From Chrysomallon squamiferum (Eukaryota > Animalia > Mollusca): a stretch of 64,000 nt of DNA. Below are positions 39,437 to 53,137 of the stretch, in pieces; position 1 is the first letter of the stretch, and the number at the start of each line of letters is the position of its first letter. The position numbers and the translations under genes are program-made. The stretch is taken from the NCBI GenBank assembly GCA_012295275.1, contig CM022674.1, positions 11,036,001 to 11,100,000 on the forward strand. The letters are read 5' to 3'. Below the pieces are notes generated by a model that did not search any database, was not told where the DNA came from, and saw only the letters and a list, made by a program, of their open reading frames with translations.

Positions 39437-42400
39437 TAAAATTAAAATTAAAATATCGTCACTTAAACATTGTATTTTTATATTTTATTTTCTTCCTCTC
39501 TCCCGGCCGCAAGAAAATGTGTCATTCACGTAAAGTCAGTCCCTTTGTTTTAACCAATACTGTGAATACAGTATCTAAATCCACCATTTTGCTTCTCTGT
39601 ATGGAAACAAACTACATCACATTAGACAAAATACAGTTTTATTCTCAGTGGGAGAAAATAAATTGGATTACAAACGTAGCTTTACCTGTGTGATTGGGAC
39701 ACAAAATGGCCAACACCTGTTGGATTCTGGGAATCTACTAATAACCCAATGACGAAAGTGAAAATAAATGAGCTCGACTCGTAATGTACGTAGTTCTCGG
39801 ACGAACGAGAATCGCCGAGATGATATTTTTTGAACTTATTATCAGTATTATAAATGTTGTTTTTCTTTCTTTCTTTTTAAGAATTAATCCAGAAAAAAAA
39901 AAAAAAAAAAGTAAATAAATACAAAATTGCAATAAACAAAAATAAATTAAAATGTTTCAATACATTTTATTATCTGTTTCAAATATTTACATTCAAAAAC
40001 TGTTTAATATAAAAGCTTATTTTTTTAGTACTGTTGAAATAAACACAAACAAAACAATAATATCATAACACATATTTATATATGTTAATGTTTAAATGTG
40101 CACCTTTTATCTAAAAACGTAACAAAATTAAGGTAACTAATACAATGCAACTAATTTGCATCCTAAAGCATTATCATAAATTATTTATTCTAAACAGGAA
40201 TAATTCAGTTCAGTTCTTTATTTTTGTGTATATTTAAAAAAATAAAATTAAAATATTAAGGTTATAAGTTAATGTAAATGTATGACTTCTGTTGAATTTT
40301 CAATGTGTATTGTGAAAATAAAACATTTAGTTTCAAATAAAATCACAAATGTTTGTTATTTTAATGTTTTTGTTTCATTTAATTTATTTAGTTACTGATG
40401 ACGGTCTTTATTTGTTTTAAATATAAAATGCAACAATTTCCAGCAGAAAAAAAAAAGGTAAATGTTAGAATAAAAAAATATAATAATAATAATTATATAA
40501 ATATTTATTTTAGAAAAAAATAGAATAAAATAAATAACTAAAGATAAATGAAAAATGAATTTAGATTGAGGAAAGTTCTGAACAAGACAGTGATGTAAAC
40601 AGATATTAACTTTCTCTCACGTTCTGTCTTACACAGTTATCCCACCCTCTTAGTCCTTTCTGAATCTACAGTAAATATCTTCACTTTTTAACAAAATCAC
40701 ATTTATCTTTATATTAAACATCTGTGAAATGAAAAATATATATAATTATCTTATATACACCTATGCACATATATATGAAAATATAAATTTGTGATCTCAG
40801 AAAACTATACATATTCAATAACTTAAGGAGAGAAGATTTCATCTTTTCCAGTTTTGACTAATTAAGATAAAATATATAGATCAAGAATTTTCTAAAAAGA
40901 ATTTAAGAATTTCAAAATATTAATTTTAGGTTTTGTTCGTATGTTTTTTTTAATAATAAAAAAAAAGAAGATAGTGTTACATATTTGAATATAACATTAG
41001 AAATAAAATTTGAAATTAACATTTAAAACGGAGTTTCCCTGTTGAAATTTCTATGAGGCAATAAAGATAATTAACTGAATATTATTCCCAGTATATATTG
41101 TAAATAATAATTAAATAAAATCTTTCCAGAAATGGTTGGAAAGCTGTAGAGGGTGAAGAAAGAAGGTGACGGGTGTGGTTTGGAACAAATGATTTAGAAT
41201 ATATTCAAATAAAAAATTCTTGAAGCGAAATGTTAAAATCAAATTTTTCATGTAACATTTGAACTAATGGGATATAACATTTTAGAACTTGTTTGACTAT
41301 ATAAATAGAACAGTTAATAAAACATTATTCTTTAGATTTAAAGAAAACAAAACATCCTTGGGTCTATTCTCAAATTACAGCTGAAGTCAGTAAAAAAGGA
41401 AACAAACAAACAAACAAAAATATATATATATAAAATAAAAAATAAAAAATAAAAATAAATAAAATGACAAACAAAAAACTCTAAAATTAGAATAATATTT
41501 TTATCACTCTCCCAGAGTTTGGAAAACACAAACAGGGTAAAATACTATATAAGATTTAAAAATAAATACGTGTCTTTTGGAAGATTTGTTTGGAAGACAT
41601 TTTAAATCATCATTCCTTTCTTCATTTAGAAATATTTCACTGTTTATATTACTACATTATATTTTGAATTTAAGTTAGTTATTCATTTTTATTTATTTAT
41701 ATATATTTTTTTTATTTACTTACTCATTTTGTTTTCTGAAAATTTTTATTTTAAATTTTTTTATAATAAACATAAATGAGATCTAGAAGATGAATAAAAT
41801 ATGAATTTTCAAAATTTTCTATTCATCACAGTAATAGGTATAAGGCAGCTTTGAAAATTACTGAAAATTATATTTGTAATATAATAAGTAAATAAATGTT
41901 TTAATAATAAATAACAAATAAATAAAAATGTAAAGAGAAAAAAAAAATGATGCTTTTCTCATTATACCATAATAAAATCTTACAACTGTTTGTTTTAATT
42001 ATTAAAATGGTCTTTTATGAACTGAAATAATATACTGATTGTGAATTTTCCAGTTAGTGGAAAGCTGTTACACATATTGCCACTTTGAGCCAATAAATAT
42101 TAACAGATTCACATTAATCTATTTTTAGTACACACATATACAAGACTATTTGATATGCAGAATGTTCATGATAATCTAGTTTAATTATTGCTTGTCACAA
42201 AGTAGATGATATCAGTACAAAAATATGGTTTCATCTATTTGCATAATAGATTTCTCTTTTCAATAAAATATTATATTACCGTGAATTTACATGTAATCTA
42301 GATAAATCATCATTAGCATTCCACTGTTAATTACTGTTAGTTTTCAGATTATTTTTTTATAATGATAACAAAATATTTATTTTCTGATGTTTAGAATTTG

Positions 42401-43811
42401 TTTTAAAAATAACAACAAATTCTCTTCATAATTCTGTTTTCAATTTAAGTAACTGTGAACGTTTTAAACCATGTTAAAGTAAATAGAAATCTTTATTAAA
42501 AACACTACTTGATCTGTTCAGACATTTTACTTCAGCCTTTTGACAGACGGATTAGACTCTTTGCAGACTATTTGCTTTGGATATAACAGTGTATGCCATT
42601 GGCTGCATTATTCTGAATGAGCCAATCAGTATTCAGGACACATCTATGTTAAACAAAGCAGTACTGTTTTCAAGATACTTGTTTGAAGTGGGTTTTCTTG
42701 GCAATACTATCAAAGTGTTAAAGGTTTAACAGATAAAGGGTTAATATTGCCCAATAAAGTTACTTAGAAGAACACAAGAGCAATGTTAGAGGTACTTGAA
42801 ATTTCTAGGATTGAAAAGAAATTAAAAAATAGTTGATTAAATATAATATTGTACCATGTTAAACATACTTAGACCTAAGTACGTATATGTATATGATGGT
42901 AATAAAAAATAAAAATTATAACAATTCTAATTTATTGCATTGTGTACAAAAATGTTTTTAAATTATTGATATATAAAATTATTCTATTTTTGCAATAATC
43001 TTTTTTTTGTTTGTTAAACTGTGCATGTATCAAAGTATATAAAAACTGATTCTATTTATTGCATATATAAAACTAAGGAACATATTCTGTTTCAAATAGT
43101 GCCATTTTTGAGATCATCCAGTGATTCCATCTATCTGTCTGTTGATCATGACAAATTTCCTGTGTTTTTCAGTGAAATCTGTGAGTACATTCTTATTTTT
43201 GTTGCTGTGACCCAGTTCCTTTGAGTAATCCATTTTGAATAATCATTTTCATACTGGTAGTTAAATAGCAAACACTGATTGTATCAAGTAACAAATCAGA
43301 ATCACTTTGAATTTTCATATTGACCAATCACCATGAAGATATGTTTTCACTTAATTATAAAGGAACCAATCAGCACCATTTTCTGTTTATACTGAATGGA
43401 CCAAGGATTTGTTAAACTAATCAGCACCAAGAAATGTTTATTTTATTTCTGATGAACCAATCATCATCAAGGTCTGTATAGTTTATTTCAGACTGACCAA
43501 TCAACACTGAAGATTATTTAATGTCTGACTGATTCCTAATTAGCATTTCACAGTTTCCACTGAGAATCAGTGATATTTTTATTTTCACTTTTCTGATTGG
43601 TACACAACACAGACTGAGTACATACTTCTTTAGTTCTGCTTTCAGGACTAAAAACAATGTGAAGTAAAAAAAACCAAAAAAAAAACCTTAGTAACAAATG
43701 ATCCCATGTTTTTTGAGAAGCACTTGATTGGTTAGTAACCATGGTAACCATGTTGAGAACTGACGTTACTGAAAGCACTTTTTGTCTAAACGAGTTGTAA
43801 ACTGGCTGCTG

Positions 43812-45558
43812 CTAGACCTCTCTGAAATAAAAACACATTTTTTATTTTGTATTTGCTTATTAATAAATAATTTCCTATTTAAAAGAAATAAAAATAATAA
43901 ATATTGTAAAATAAAAATACCATAAAAAAAAAAATACACCATATAACTATAACCATATACAGTCACACACAAACACTCACACACAAACATATGAACATAC
44001 ACAAGCCATTATTATTCTTGAACATTTAGTATTCACACCAGACTATTTATTTTGTAACATTAGAATTATATGTAATCTGAAGTTTTTATTATCTGCAACA
44101 AGATTTAATAGATTAAGCCAGTTTTTAGGTTTCCAAGAAGAAAGATAAATAATCTGGTAAATGTATAATAATAATAATAATTGTATTGTAACAACAACAA
44201 CAATAATAAAAATAACATTAGCAATGGCCACAGTAATAAGATTAACCAAAACTGTAAATACTTACGAAGCCTCCACATTAGAATTGAGTAGTAGTTGTTT
44301 TTTCATTTTAAGAATCTGAGCATGGGAGAGTTTAATCTTATCTGCCTGAACTGAGGGTAAATCTACAGATGATATTCCTTCTTCCAGATCACTCGTTTTC
44401 AACTCCTGCAACAACGTTGCAATGTCTGACGTTGACTTACAGTTGCGTTTTGACTCTACTGTCAATTGTGTTGATGATGGTGAAGATGTCCTCTCTGTTT
44501 CTAAAGAATATGACGACAAATCGTGAATGTCTTGATTTGTCACTGATTCCATCTCCTCACAGATTTCTGACTCGGGATTCTGGAGTGATCCCGAGGAACT
44601 GAAACCACTGGAACTTGGAATACTTCGAATCGAGTCACAACTTTTTGTTTTGTCTTTGAGTCGCTGTTCTTCGAGTTTCGTTCCAAGATTCCACGAGAGT
44701 CGTTTGTGAATGCTGTTGTCCTTGTCGCGGTTTTTGTGCAGCTCCTGCACTGAATCGACGGTGAAGTACCTCTTTTCTGTCCTAGACGAGCGACGCTGGT
44801 TCAGCTTCTGTTTGGTGTCATCATCTACGAGATCTTCGCTTGAACCAGAATGCGTCTGCACGTCTGTTATCACGTCTGAACACACAGTTGTGGGGTTTGG
44901 TGTCGACAAGCAAACTGTGATTGTCTGATTCTTTTTCCTCGGCTGTGGTGAATTTTCAGGTGATGATGATGTAAACAATGTTGTACGCTCACTCTGTGAA
45001 AGATGATGCTGCCGCGGTTGTTGCATAGCTGGGTGTCCTTCAATGTTGCTGAGTGACCCAGATCGGACGATGTCCTGCGGCTGAGAAGAGCAGTGACCGT
45101 TCTGACTGGACACTGAGATGCTGTGAGAAATGTTTGGAATGAACTTGTCCTCGGTTGTGTCTGCACTCTCCGTCCTGGCAAACATCTGCATGAAGGAAGG
45201 TGATGCGCTGTCATGGAGAGCAGGCAGAGTTATCTCCTCCTGCAGATACGTAGACGTCTGCATCAGGCGTTTGGACCTTTCCTTCTCATCTGTGAACTTG
45301 GCGTCCTGGTATGCCTCCTGCAGTTAAACAAAACATGTAAACAAAGCAGTAAACAAAACATGTAAACAAAGCAGTAAACAAAAAAACCCTCAATAAAACC
45401 AGTAAATTAAAAACATCCAAAAATGAATAACAAAGTAGGAGGACTGAATAACAATGGAATAGCTAGTTGATAATTATTATTATTATTAATTAATTAATTA
45501 TTATTTTTATTTTTATTGTTCTTGTTATTAATTACATATTTGCTGATATGATTGTATG

Positions 45559-45632
<74 letters not shown>

Positions 45633-48600
45633 GAATAATTTTTATCATTTTAATGATTATAAAATGTAACAGGTACTTGTCAAAGGGTTCAAATAAGTTA
45701 TTAGAACAAAACAAAATCTTCAAGGAGATTTATCTGCTAAACAGTTAAAATTAAAATGTTTGTAAAGGATTGATTTTGTAAGATATATAAATTGGCAGTT
45801 AATAAAAAAAGTAATGTGTAGAATGATATGTTAAAGTGCTGAAGCTCACAAACCTGAGCATTTTTCAGCTGTTCAAGCCACATTCGTACTGCCATGGGGT
45901 CACCATGAAACGTGAAAGTGGCAGTTGGAACGTCATATTCATTGAGATATATCAACAGAAAACTTCCTGTAAAAAATAAACAAATATGATGATATTAATA
46001 CTTCTAATAATTAAAATAAACAGACGAAAGTTTGATTAAACAGAAATAGAGTAACCGAAAGAACATTTAATTTTTTATCATATTAATTACCATATCACAC
46101 ATGCTAGCATAATGATAAAACAAAAAGGAAATTTCCTGCACATATTCTACAGCAAACTCATTTAGATTAGCAGCAAGAATTCTGTTATATGTTCCTACCC
46201 ATAGTCAGCATAACAACAAGATTAAATTTCAGTGTTTTGATACCTTTATCTTTGAGTTCATGTATGATGATTCTGTCGAGTCGCATTGGAGGTTTTGTGA
46301 TTTTGTATTTGTCCATTCGCTTGTTAGACTTGCATAGCAGCAGCAGGTCTGTGAACAGGAAGCAGTCGACGTCCATCTTGAAAACACAGAAATAAATATT
46401 ATAGAGTTAGGTGCATGAGAATGTGGGTGAAAATATGAAAAGGTGAAAAAGATGCTGAAGAAAAGAAAGAAGAAGAAGAAGAAGAAGAAAAAGCAACCTA
46501 ATGAGATACAGAGATAAAGAGTGAGTTACAGAAGAAAAGAGAAAGAAAGATGAGATAAACTCAATTACTTATGAATCAGACTGTGTACAAAGGCATTTCT
46601 AAAAAGCAAGAAATAATAATCTACCTAAAAAAATAAATAATATAGCAATCAAAATCAGAAGTCCAAGAATCTGAAAACAGTGAATAAAGTAAAATATGAA
46701 ATTGCTCTGAGACATAGAACGTATTTCCTCACCCTGCTGGCTTGCGACTCTTTCATGCGCAGTGCTGAGTGGTAGAGAAGAGCTCGATTCTTATCGTAGC
46801 CAAATCCTGGCATGGGAGACAGCAGATTGAAATTCTGATTATAGTTACCAATAATCTGAAAAACAAAATTACAATATAATACACTGAAAAACAAAATTAC
46901 AATATAATACACTGAAAAACAAAATTACATTGAATATAATGATGTTCCTGTTAGCAGTAATTGATCTTTCATATAAACCTTCCCACAAACAGTACAGTAC
47001 ATAGTGTATTGTTTGTTAAATCAGTTAAAATTTAAAACATGGAGAATATGAATGAATGCAACATCACTGAGGTCATATTTTTAACAACATTTTGTAAATT
47101 TATTTAACATCTGGACATTAATAACCATACATTTTAACCTTTGACCTTTTTAATTCTGTGGACATTTTTACTGTTAAATGATCTAATTTATTGATGAGTT
47201 CTTACTTTTGAACACTCTTCACTGGGTGGTTCGACAGCATCGTACGGTTCAATCTTACCAACCACAGCAACCAGTCTCTCCTGGTTCAGCTTGTCGTTCA
47301 TTTTGTTGTTGATCGACATCACAAACTTGTCAACACTCGCAATCTGGAACAAACAAACATTCGTTATGTCAATATCCCTTTATTTTAATAGTTGTAAATT
47401 TAATAAAAATCCTTTATTTTAATCTCTTGACATTTAACAACATTATATTTTTATTTTTTGATATTAATAATCCTTCATTTTATTCTCTGGATATTAGAAT
47501 CCTAAAGTGTTTTTTTTTATGACTGAAATTGATATAATTCTATGTTTGATCTATAATTTACTTATCATTCATATCAAAATTTTATCTGAAGAATTTGTTA
47601 ATGAAAGTGTGACAAGTAAACTCATTAATTTATCAAGGGAGATGACCTACCATTTCGAGGAGATCTTTTCGATGTCTCTCATCCTCAGTTTTGCGGAGAA
47701 TGGCTTGGATGAGAAGTGAGTATTTGGTGAGACGCTGCATGGGCTGTACTAAAAGTGCAGTCAGACTGAGTCGATTGCACTGTTTCTGTGTTTCGGCCCA
47801 CTACAGTTGTAAAATAAAGATTAAATTAATGGAATAATATAGCCATTAAATATAATGAAAAACAGAAAATAATAGAAATAAATAAACATTAAAAAAATAA
47901 TGAAATAAATATGCACTCAGCTCTAAGTTATCACACTGTTTTGTTTTCTGTTCACAATGAAAAACAGAAAAAAATTGAATCAAATGTTAAAACAGTAATG
48001 AAATAAAATGAAAAAAAATAAAAAATAAAAAATTGATGAATTGGCAGTGAATAAAGAATAACAAATGAATTATTTAAATCAGAAAAATATTTCACTCTAC
48101 AGTAACTGATTTTAAGTATTTGAATGAAAACTTTCTTAAATATAAATGAATGTAAATCCAAAGGTGTTACTTAGAATGCAGATCAACAGTAACACATGTC
48201 CTGTGAGTAAATGTGATAATTCAGGTAATATATACAATGTCTGTGTGTGTCTGTTGATATTATGGCAGAGAGAGGTCTGTAAGTGACAACTGAAGTCTAA
48301 AATATGTTTTGTGTTTGTATAGTTACCATGACGAAAGTCTTGAAGAGGTCGTTTTCGTTGTAGCGAGATTTCATGTAATCAACACATGCTCGCTGCTCCA
48401 TGCAGTACTTCAAATAGGGTCCAAACAGCGTACTGAACTGTAAACAAACAAACAAATAAACAAATAAACAAACAGTAAACAAACAGCATACTGAACTGTA
48501 AACAAACGAAAACAAACAAACAAAAACAAAAACTGAACTGTAAAACACAAACAAAAAAAACAAACAGCATACTGAACTGTAAACAAACAAACAAACAAAA

Positions 48601-49420
48601 ACACACAAAATAAACAAACAAACACAAACAGAGTACTGAACTGTAAACAAACAAACAAACAAACAAACACACGGTTCAAATAAACAAACAACTGAACTAA
48701 ACAAACAAACAAACAAACAAACACACGGTTCAAAAACAAAGAGTACTGAACTGTAAACAAACAAACAACCAAACAAATAAACAAACAAACAAACAAACAA
48801 ACAAACAAACAAACAAACACACGGTTCAAACAGAGTACTGAACTGTAAACAAACAAACAAACAAAGAAACAAACACACAAATAAACAAACAAACAAACAA
48901 ATAAAAACAAATAAACAAACAAAAACAAATAAACAAAAACAAAGCATACTGAACTGTAAAAAACAAACAAACAAACAAACAAACAAAAATGGTTAAACAA
49001 ACAAACAAACAAACAAACAAACAAACAAACAAACAAACAAACACACGGTTCAAACAGCATACTGAGCTGTAAACAAACAAACAACCAAACAAATAAACAA
49101 ACAAATAAATAAATGACTGATTATACATTTAAAAATAAAAAATATTATTACAGAAAGATAATAAGGAAAAATAAATAAATCAGTCAATTCAAATATTCAG
49201 ATAACCATTCTTTTTTATGCTTATCAATAATATTATTATACATGTATAAAAGATATAGAAAATATAATAAATAAATATAGAATTTATTAGTATTAGTAAT
49301 ATTAACAAAAAATAATCATTCAGTTAATCAACAACAAAAAACTAATAATACAATAAAAAAAAAAAAAAAAAACATAGACATAAAAATAAAAATAAACAAA
49401 TAAACATACAAATAAACATA

Positions 49421-49459
<39 letters not shown>

Positions 49460-52428
49460 AGGATATATAAAATGTCTTTGTACAAAATAAAAACAGCCAA
49501 ACAGATGTATCTAGATACACAAGTCAGTTGGTGACAGAGAAGAGAGAGAGAGAAATAGATAAATGATTTACAGATATTTAAGCAGACAGGGAGAAGAACA
49601 GATATATAGACTCAGGTGAAATGTTTAGATGTGGCTTGTTGAGACTGTTGCTGAGGTTTTACCTCCTTTGTGAAGCCAGCTTTCAGCAGCGATGGGTTCA
49701 GTGGTTTTCTTGTCTCTCTCGCCTCGTTCAGCACTTTGAGCAGATGGTCTTCCCAGAATTGTCGATTTACATCACATATAGCATCAATATTACAAAACAA
49801 CTTCTCAGTTTCAATCTGAAACAGATAGTTTCATTCATTACAGTTTAAATTCTTTTTGTCTTTGTACTGGCAATTAATGTAGGTAAAAAAATAAAATAAA
49901 CAACAAAAACAATAAGATGCTATATTGTTACTATGTCAACATGTCACAAATACGACATCATCACATTATGTAACATTTTCACAAAAAAATATTTCTATTT
50001 TTGCTAATATGTTCTCATCTCACAAATATCAGTATTTCATGAATACATTACTATTTTACAAATATGTCATCACAACATTATGTCACAATATCACAAATAT
50101 ATTACTATTTTACTAATATTTTACTGGAGTTCAGCTAAGACACACAGAAATACATACATATCTTAGCCCACTGACAACACACCTGCATTTTTACTTACTT
50201 CATTTAACAACTGTGCTTCTTGTAAATTTAAAAGACTAACTTGGAAGACCTGAAAAATAGTATTATTAAAATATATATTAAGAGTAATAACACAATATAA
50301 TCTTTTGTAATTTATTTAAGTAAAGATATTTCTTATTAATTAATTTTTTCATTTGAATGTGTCAAAACAGAGAACAGGTAAAGTGTACCATTGGTAATAT
50401 AAAGAAACAGTCTAAATATATTTCTCCAGAATATTATTTTTATTTGTTTCTTGTGAAGTATCTAATACATTGTAACAGTGAAGTTTCTAATACCAACAAT
50501 ATAACAGTGAAGTGTTTAATACAAGAGTGAAGTATTTAATACAAGTGAAGTGTTTAATACAGAAGTGAAGTGTTTAATACAAGAGTGAAGTATTTAATAC
50601 AAGTGAAGTGTTTAATACAGAAGTGAAGTGTTTAATACAGAAGTGAAGTGTTTAATACAGAAGTGAAGTGTTTAATACAGAAGTGAAGTATTTAATACAA
50701 GTGAAGTGTTTAATACAGAAGTGAAGTGTTTAATACAGGAGTGAAGTGTTTAATACAGGAGTGAAGTGTTTAATACAGAAGTGAAGTGTTTAATACAGGA
50801 GTGAAGTGTTTAATACAGGAGTGAAGTGTTTAATACAGGAGTGAAGTGTTTAATACAGGAGTGAACTGTTTAATACAGGAGTGAAGTGTTTAATACAAGC
50901 AGTATCTTACATCTGTTATGACCCTGAGCTGACTGATGTAGGAAACTTCTGTGTGCAGCAGTTCCCAGATTGCTTCCTGCTGATCATGTTGTCTCTTAGT
51001 GAGTGCCTGGAACAAACAAACTCACAGATGTACAGATGTACAGATGGACAGACAGACAGGTAAATAAACAAACAAACAAACAAATATACAGATGTATAGA
51101 GAGACAGACAGACAGGCAAATAAACAAACAAACAAATAAATAAACAAATAAACAAATAAACAAACAAATAAATAAACAAATAAACAAATAAACAAACAAA
51201 TAAGTAAATAAGTAAATAAAAAATTAGAAAAGTAATTTAATATAAAAATAAGCAATGAAATTACTTTAATAAAATAGCATTCAGAAACATATCAGGAAAA
51301 GAAACTACCTAACTATAAGTTCATTATCACTAAAAAGTAATATATAAAATTTATCTGTGAATCTATCTATCTTTCTGTATTTTATGGCTTGTTCTTGATT
51401 CAAATTAGGAATTATCATATAAAACTAATATATTTCAATCTAGCCCCTGGACCATGAGACTGTATCCTGTAAGTCTAGAACAACTTAATGTTAGGCAGAA
51501 GTCAAGATTTTGGTGAGGCCTTCAAAAATGTATGAAAATTATAAAGATGCACGCATGCACACACACACGCACACACTATTTTCTTGTAATCAGTGCATAT
51601 GAACTGTTCAGATGTTTTTTGTTTACATGTCTGTCCTTTTTTTTATATTTATATTTTAAAATATTTTCATTATCAGAAAATACAAAACTTTGTTATTTAT
51701 TATCTTTTTTTCCACACATGCACATATATACATTTATACTTTATTCAATAATAAAAATTTACAATCTAATATTAAATTACAATGTTATCAATAATATACC
51801 AATTGTTAATTAATTTATAAAAAAAAAAAAAATAAAAACGTTCAACTGATGTATAACTGATATATTTTATTTAAAATTAGATTACCATGTTTAAAACATA
51901 CTCACTTTATATTTAGATAGATTAAATAAAATATATCATTAATCTCTGTTTCATACAGAACATATGGGTTATCATAATTAAACAGCCATATGCTGCATGC
52001 AATAAAAATACGTATCTGTTTTCACGTATGAAACAGTTTTAATTCTTTGCACCTCATGTTCTGATGTTTTATACCCAACTAAATTTAGCCATATTCACAC
52101 CAATCCTAGAAACTGATATTAACTGGCTGTTTGTGGACATTAGACCACATATACCATCATGATAAAGACCTGACTTCCTGCATTTTTATTTAATTTGAAA
52201 ATGGCTGCATTGCAAAGGATTAATGGTAATATATGAAACAAAATCAATAGGATGATATTAAAATGTTTAAATTATTATTTATTTTTTTTTTTTTTTTTTT
52301 TTAAATTTATGTTGTACTTGTGTAGTCAGATCTATGTTACAATTAAATTATATAAATATCTGAATATAAATGATTACATAAAGGAATATTAACTAAAAAA
52401 ATACTAATTTAATAAAAATAAACATTAG

Positions 52429-52459
<31 letters not shown>

Positions 52460-52483
52460 AATAAATACTACTACTACTACTAC

Positions 52484-52518
<35 letters not shown>

Positions 52519-52597
52519 TTAATACTACTACTACTACTAATACTAATACAAATACAAATACAAATACAAATACTACTACTACTACTACTACTACAAA

Positions 52598-52629
<32 letters not shown>

Positions 52630-52736
52630 ATACAAATACTACTACTACTACTAATACAAATACTACTATACTACTACTACTACTACTAATACAAATACTA
52701 CTACTACTACTACTACTACTAATACAAATACTACTA

Positions 52737-52786
<50 letters not shown>

Positions 52787-52995
52787 ATACTACTACTATT
52801 ACTAATACTACTATTACTAATACTACTAATACTAACAGAAGCGTTGTCAACGATACAGCTCCAGTGAGGTTCTAGCTGAAAGACTTTCTCATCGAAGGGG
52901 ACGCGATCCAGGGCCAGCAATGGCGGCCAGCCTGGTAAACCATCAGTGCTGTAACTACTGAGTATCTCATTTAGCTGTTCTGTCTTCTCCCGGTC
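43812..52995 (-). CDS. PLEKHG5: DH-PH RhoGEF, PLEKHG5/Syx-like, 12 core coding exons
   Basis: Exons 52995-52837, 51006-50911, 50249-50199, 49815-49663, 48437-48327, 47800-47651, 47343-47206, 46855-46733, 46376-46244, 45966-45854, 45317-44266, 43821-43812. DH motifs [47 protein letters not shown] motifs [27 protein letters not shown]. Spliced C-terminus [12 protein letters not shown] is the PDZ-ligand tail typical of PLEKHG5. Confidence 0.93.
46856..46929 (-). repeat. 28-bp triplication of a RhoGEF 3' splice site
   Basis: Minus-strand tgtaattttgtttttcag three times at 28-nt spacing. The last copy precedes exon 46855. Confidence 0.92.
48420..49090 (-). repeat. Compound repeat: RhoGEF acceptor copied about 10 times within (TTTG)n
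   Basis: Minus-strand tttacag|ttcagta.. at plus positions about 48432 (real), 48490, 48532, 48571, 48635, 48691, 48745, 48837, 48948, 49061. Confidence 0.9.
50452..50898. repeat. 20-bp minisatellite (about 20 copies) starting about 12 nt inside a RhoGEF intron
   Basis: gtgaagtgtttaatacag(g/a)a. Confidence 0.93.
52465..52835. repeat. (TAC)n/(TAATAC)n compound microsatellite abutting the RhoGEF donor at 52836
   Basis: Direct inspection. Confidence 0.9.
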
Positions 52996-53137
52996 CTACA
53001 CAAACAAACAAACAAACAAGTAAATAAACAAATAAAAAACATCAGTGCTGTAACTACTGAGTATCTCATTTAGCTGTTCTGTCTTCTCCCGGTCCTTACA
53101 CAAACAAACAAACAAACAAGTAAATAAACAAATAAAC
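52939..53137 (-). repeat. 99/100-bp tandem duplication of a RhoGEF acceptor plus the first 55 exon nt
   Basis: catcagtgctgtaactac...cggtcc(t)tacacaaac... at 52941 and 53040. Confidence 0.95.

Noticed and set aside
38130-43800. An additional gene between TMED and the RhoGEF
   Set aside because: No coding-like exon found. The region fits a RhoGEF 3'UTR plus the TMED upstream region.
48420-49090. CRISPR-like repeat-spacer appearance
   Set aside because: Eukaryotic intron. The spacers are variable (TTTG)n, the repeat is a splice acceptor, and there are no cas genes.
52465-52836. (AGT)n tract starting at donor GTTAGT as donor amplification
   Set aside because: Trinucleotide microsatellites are everywhere in the window, so the similarity is uninformative.
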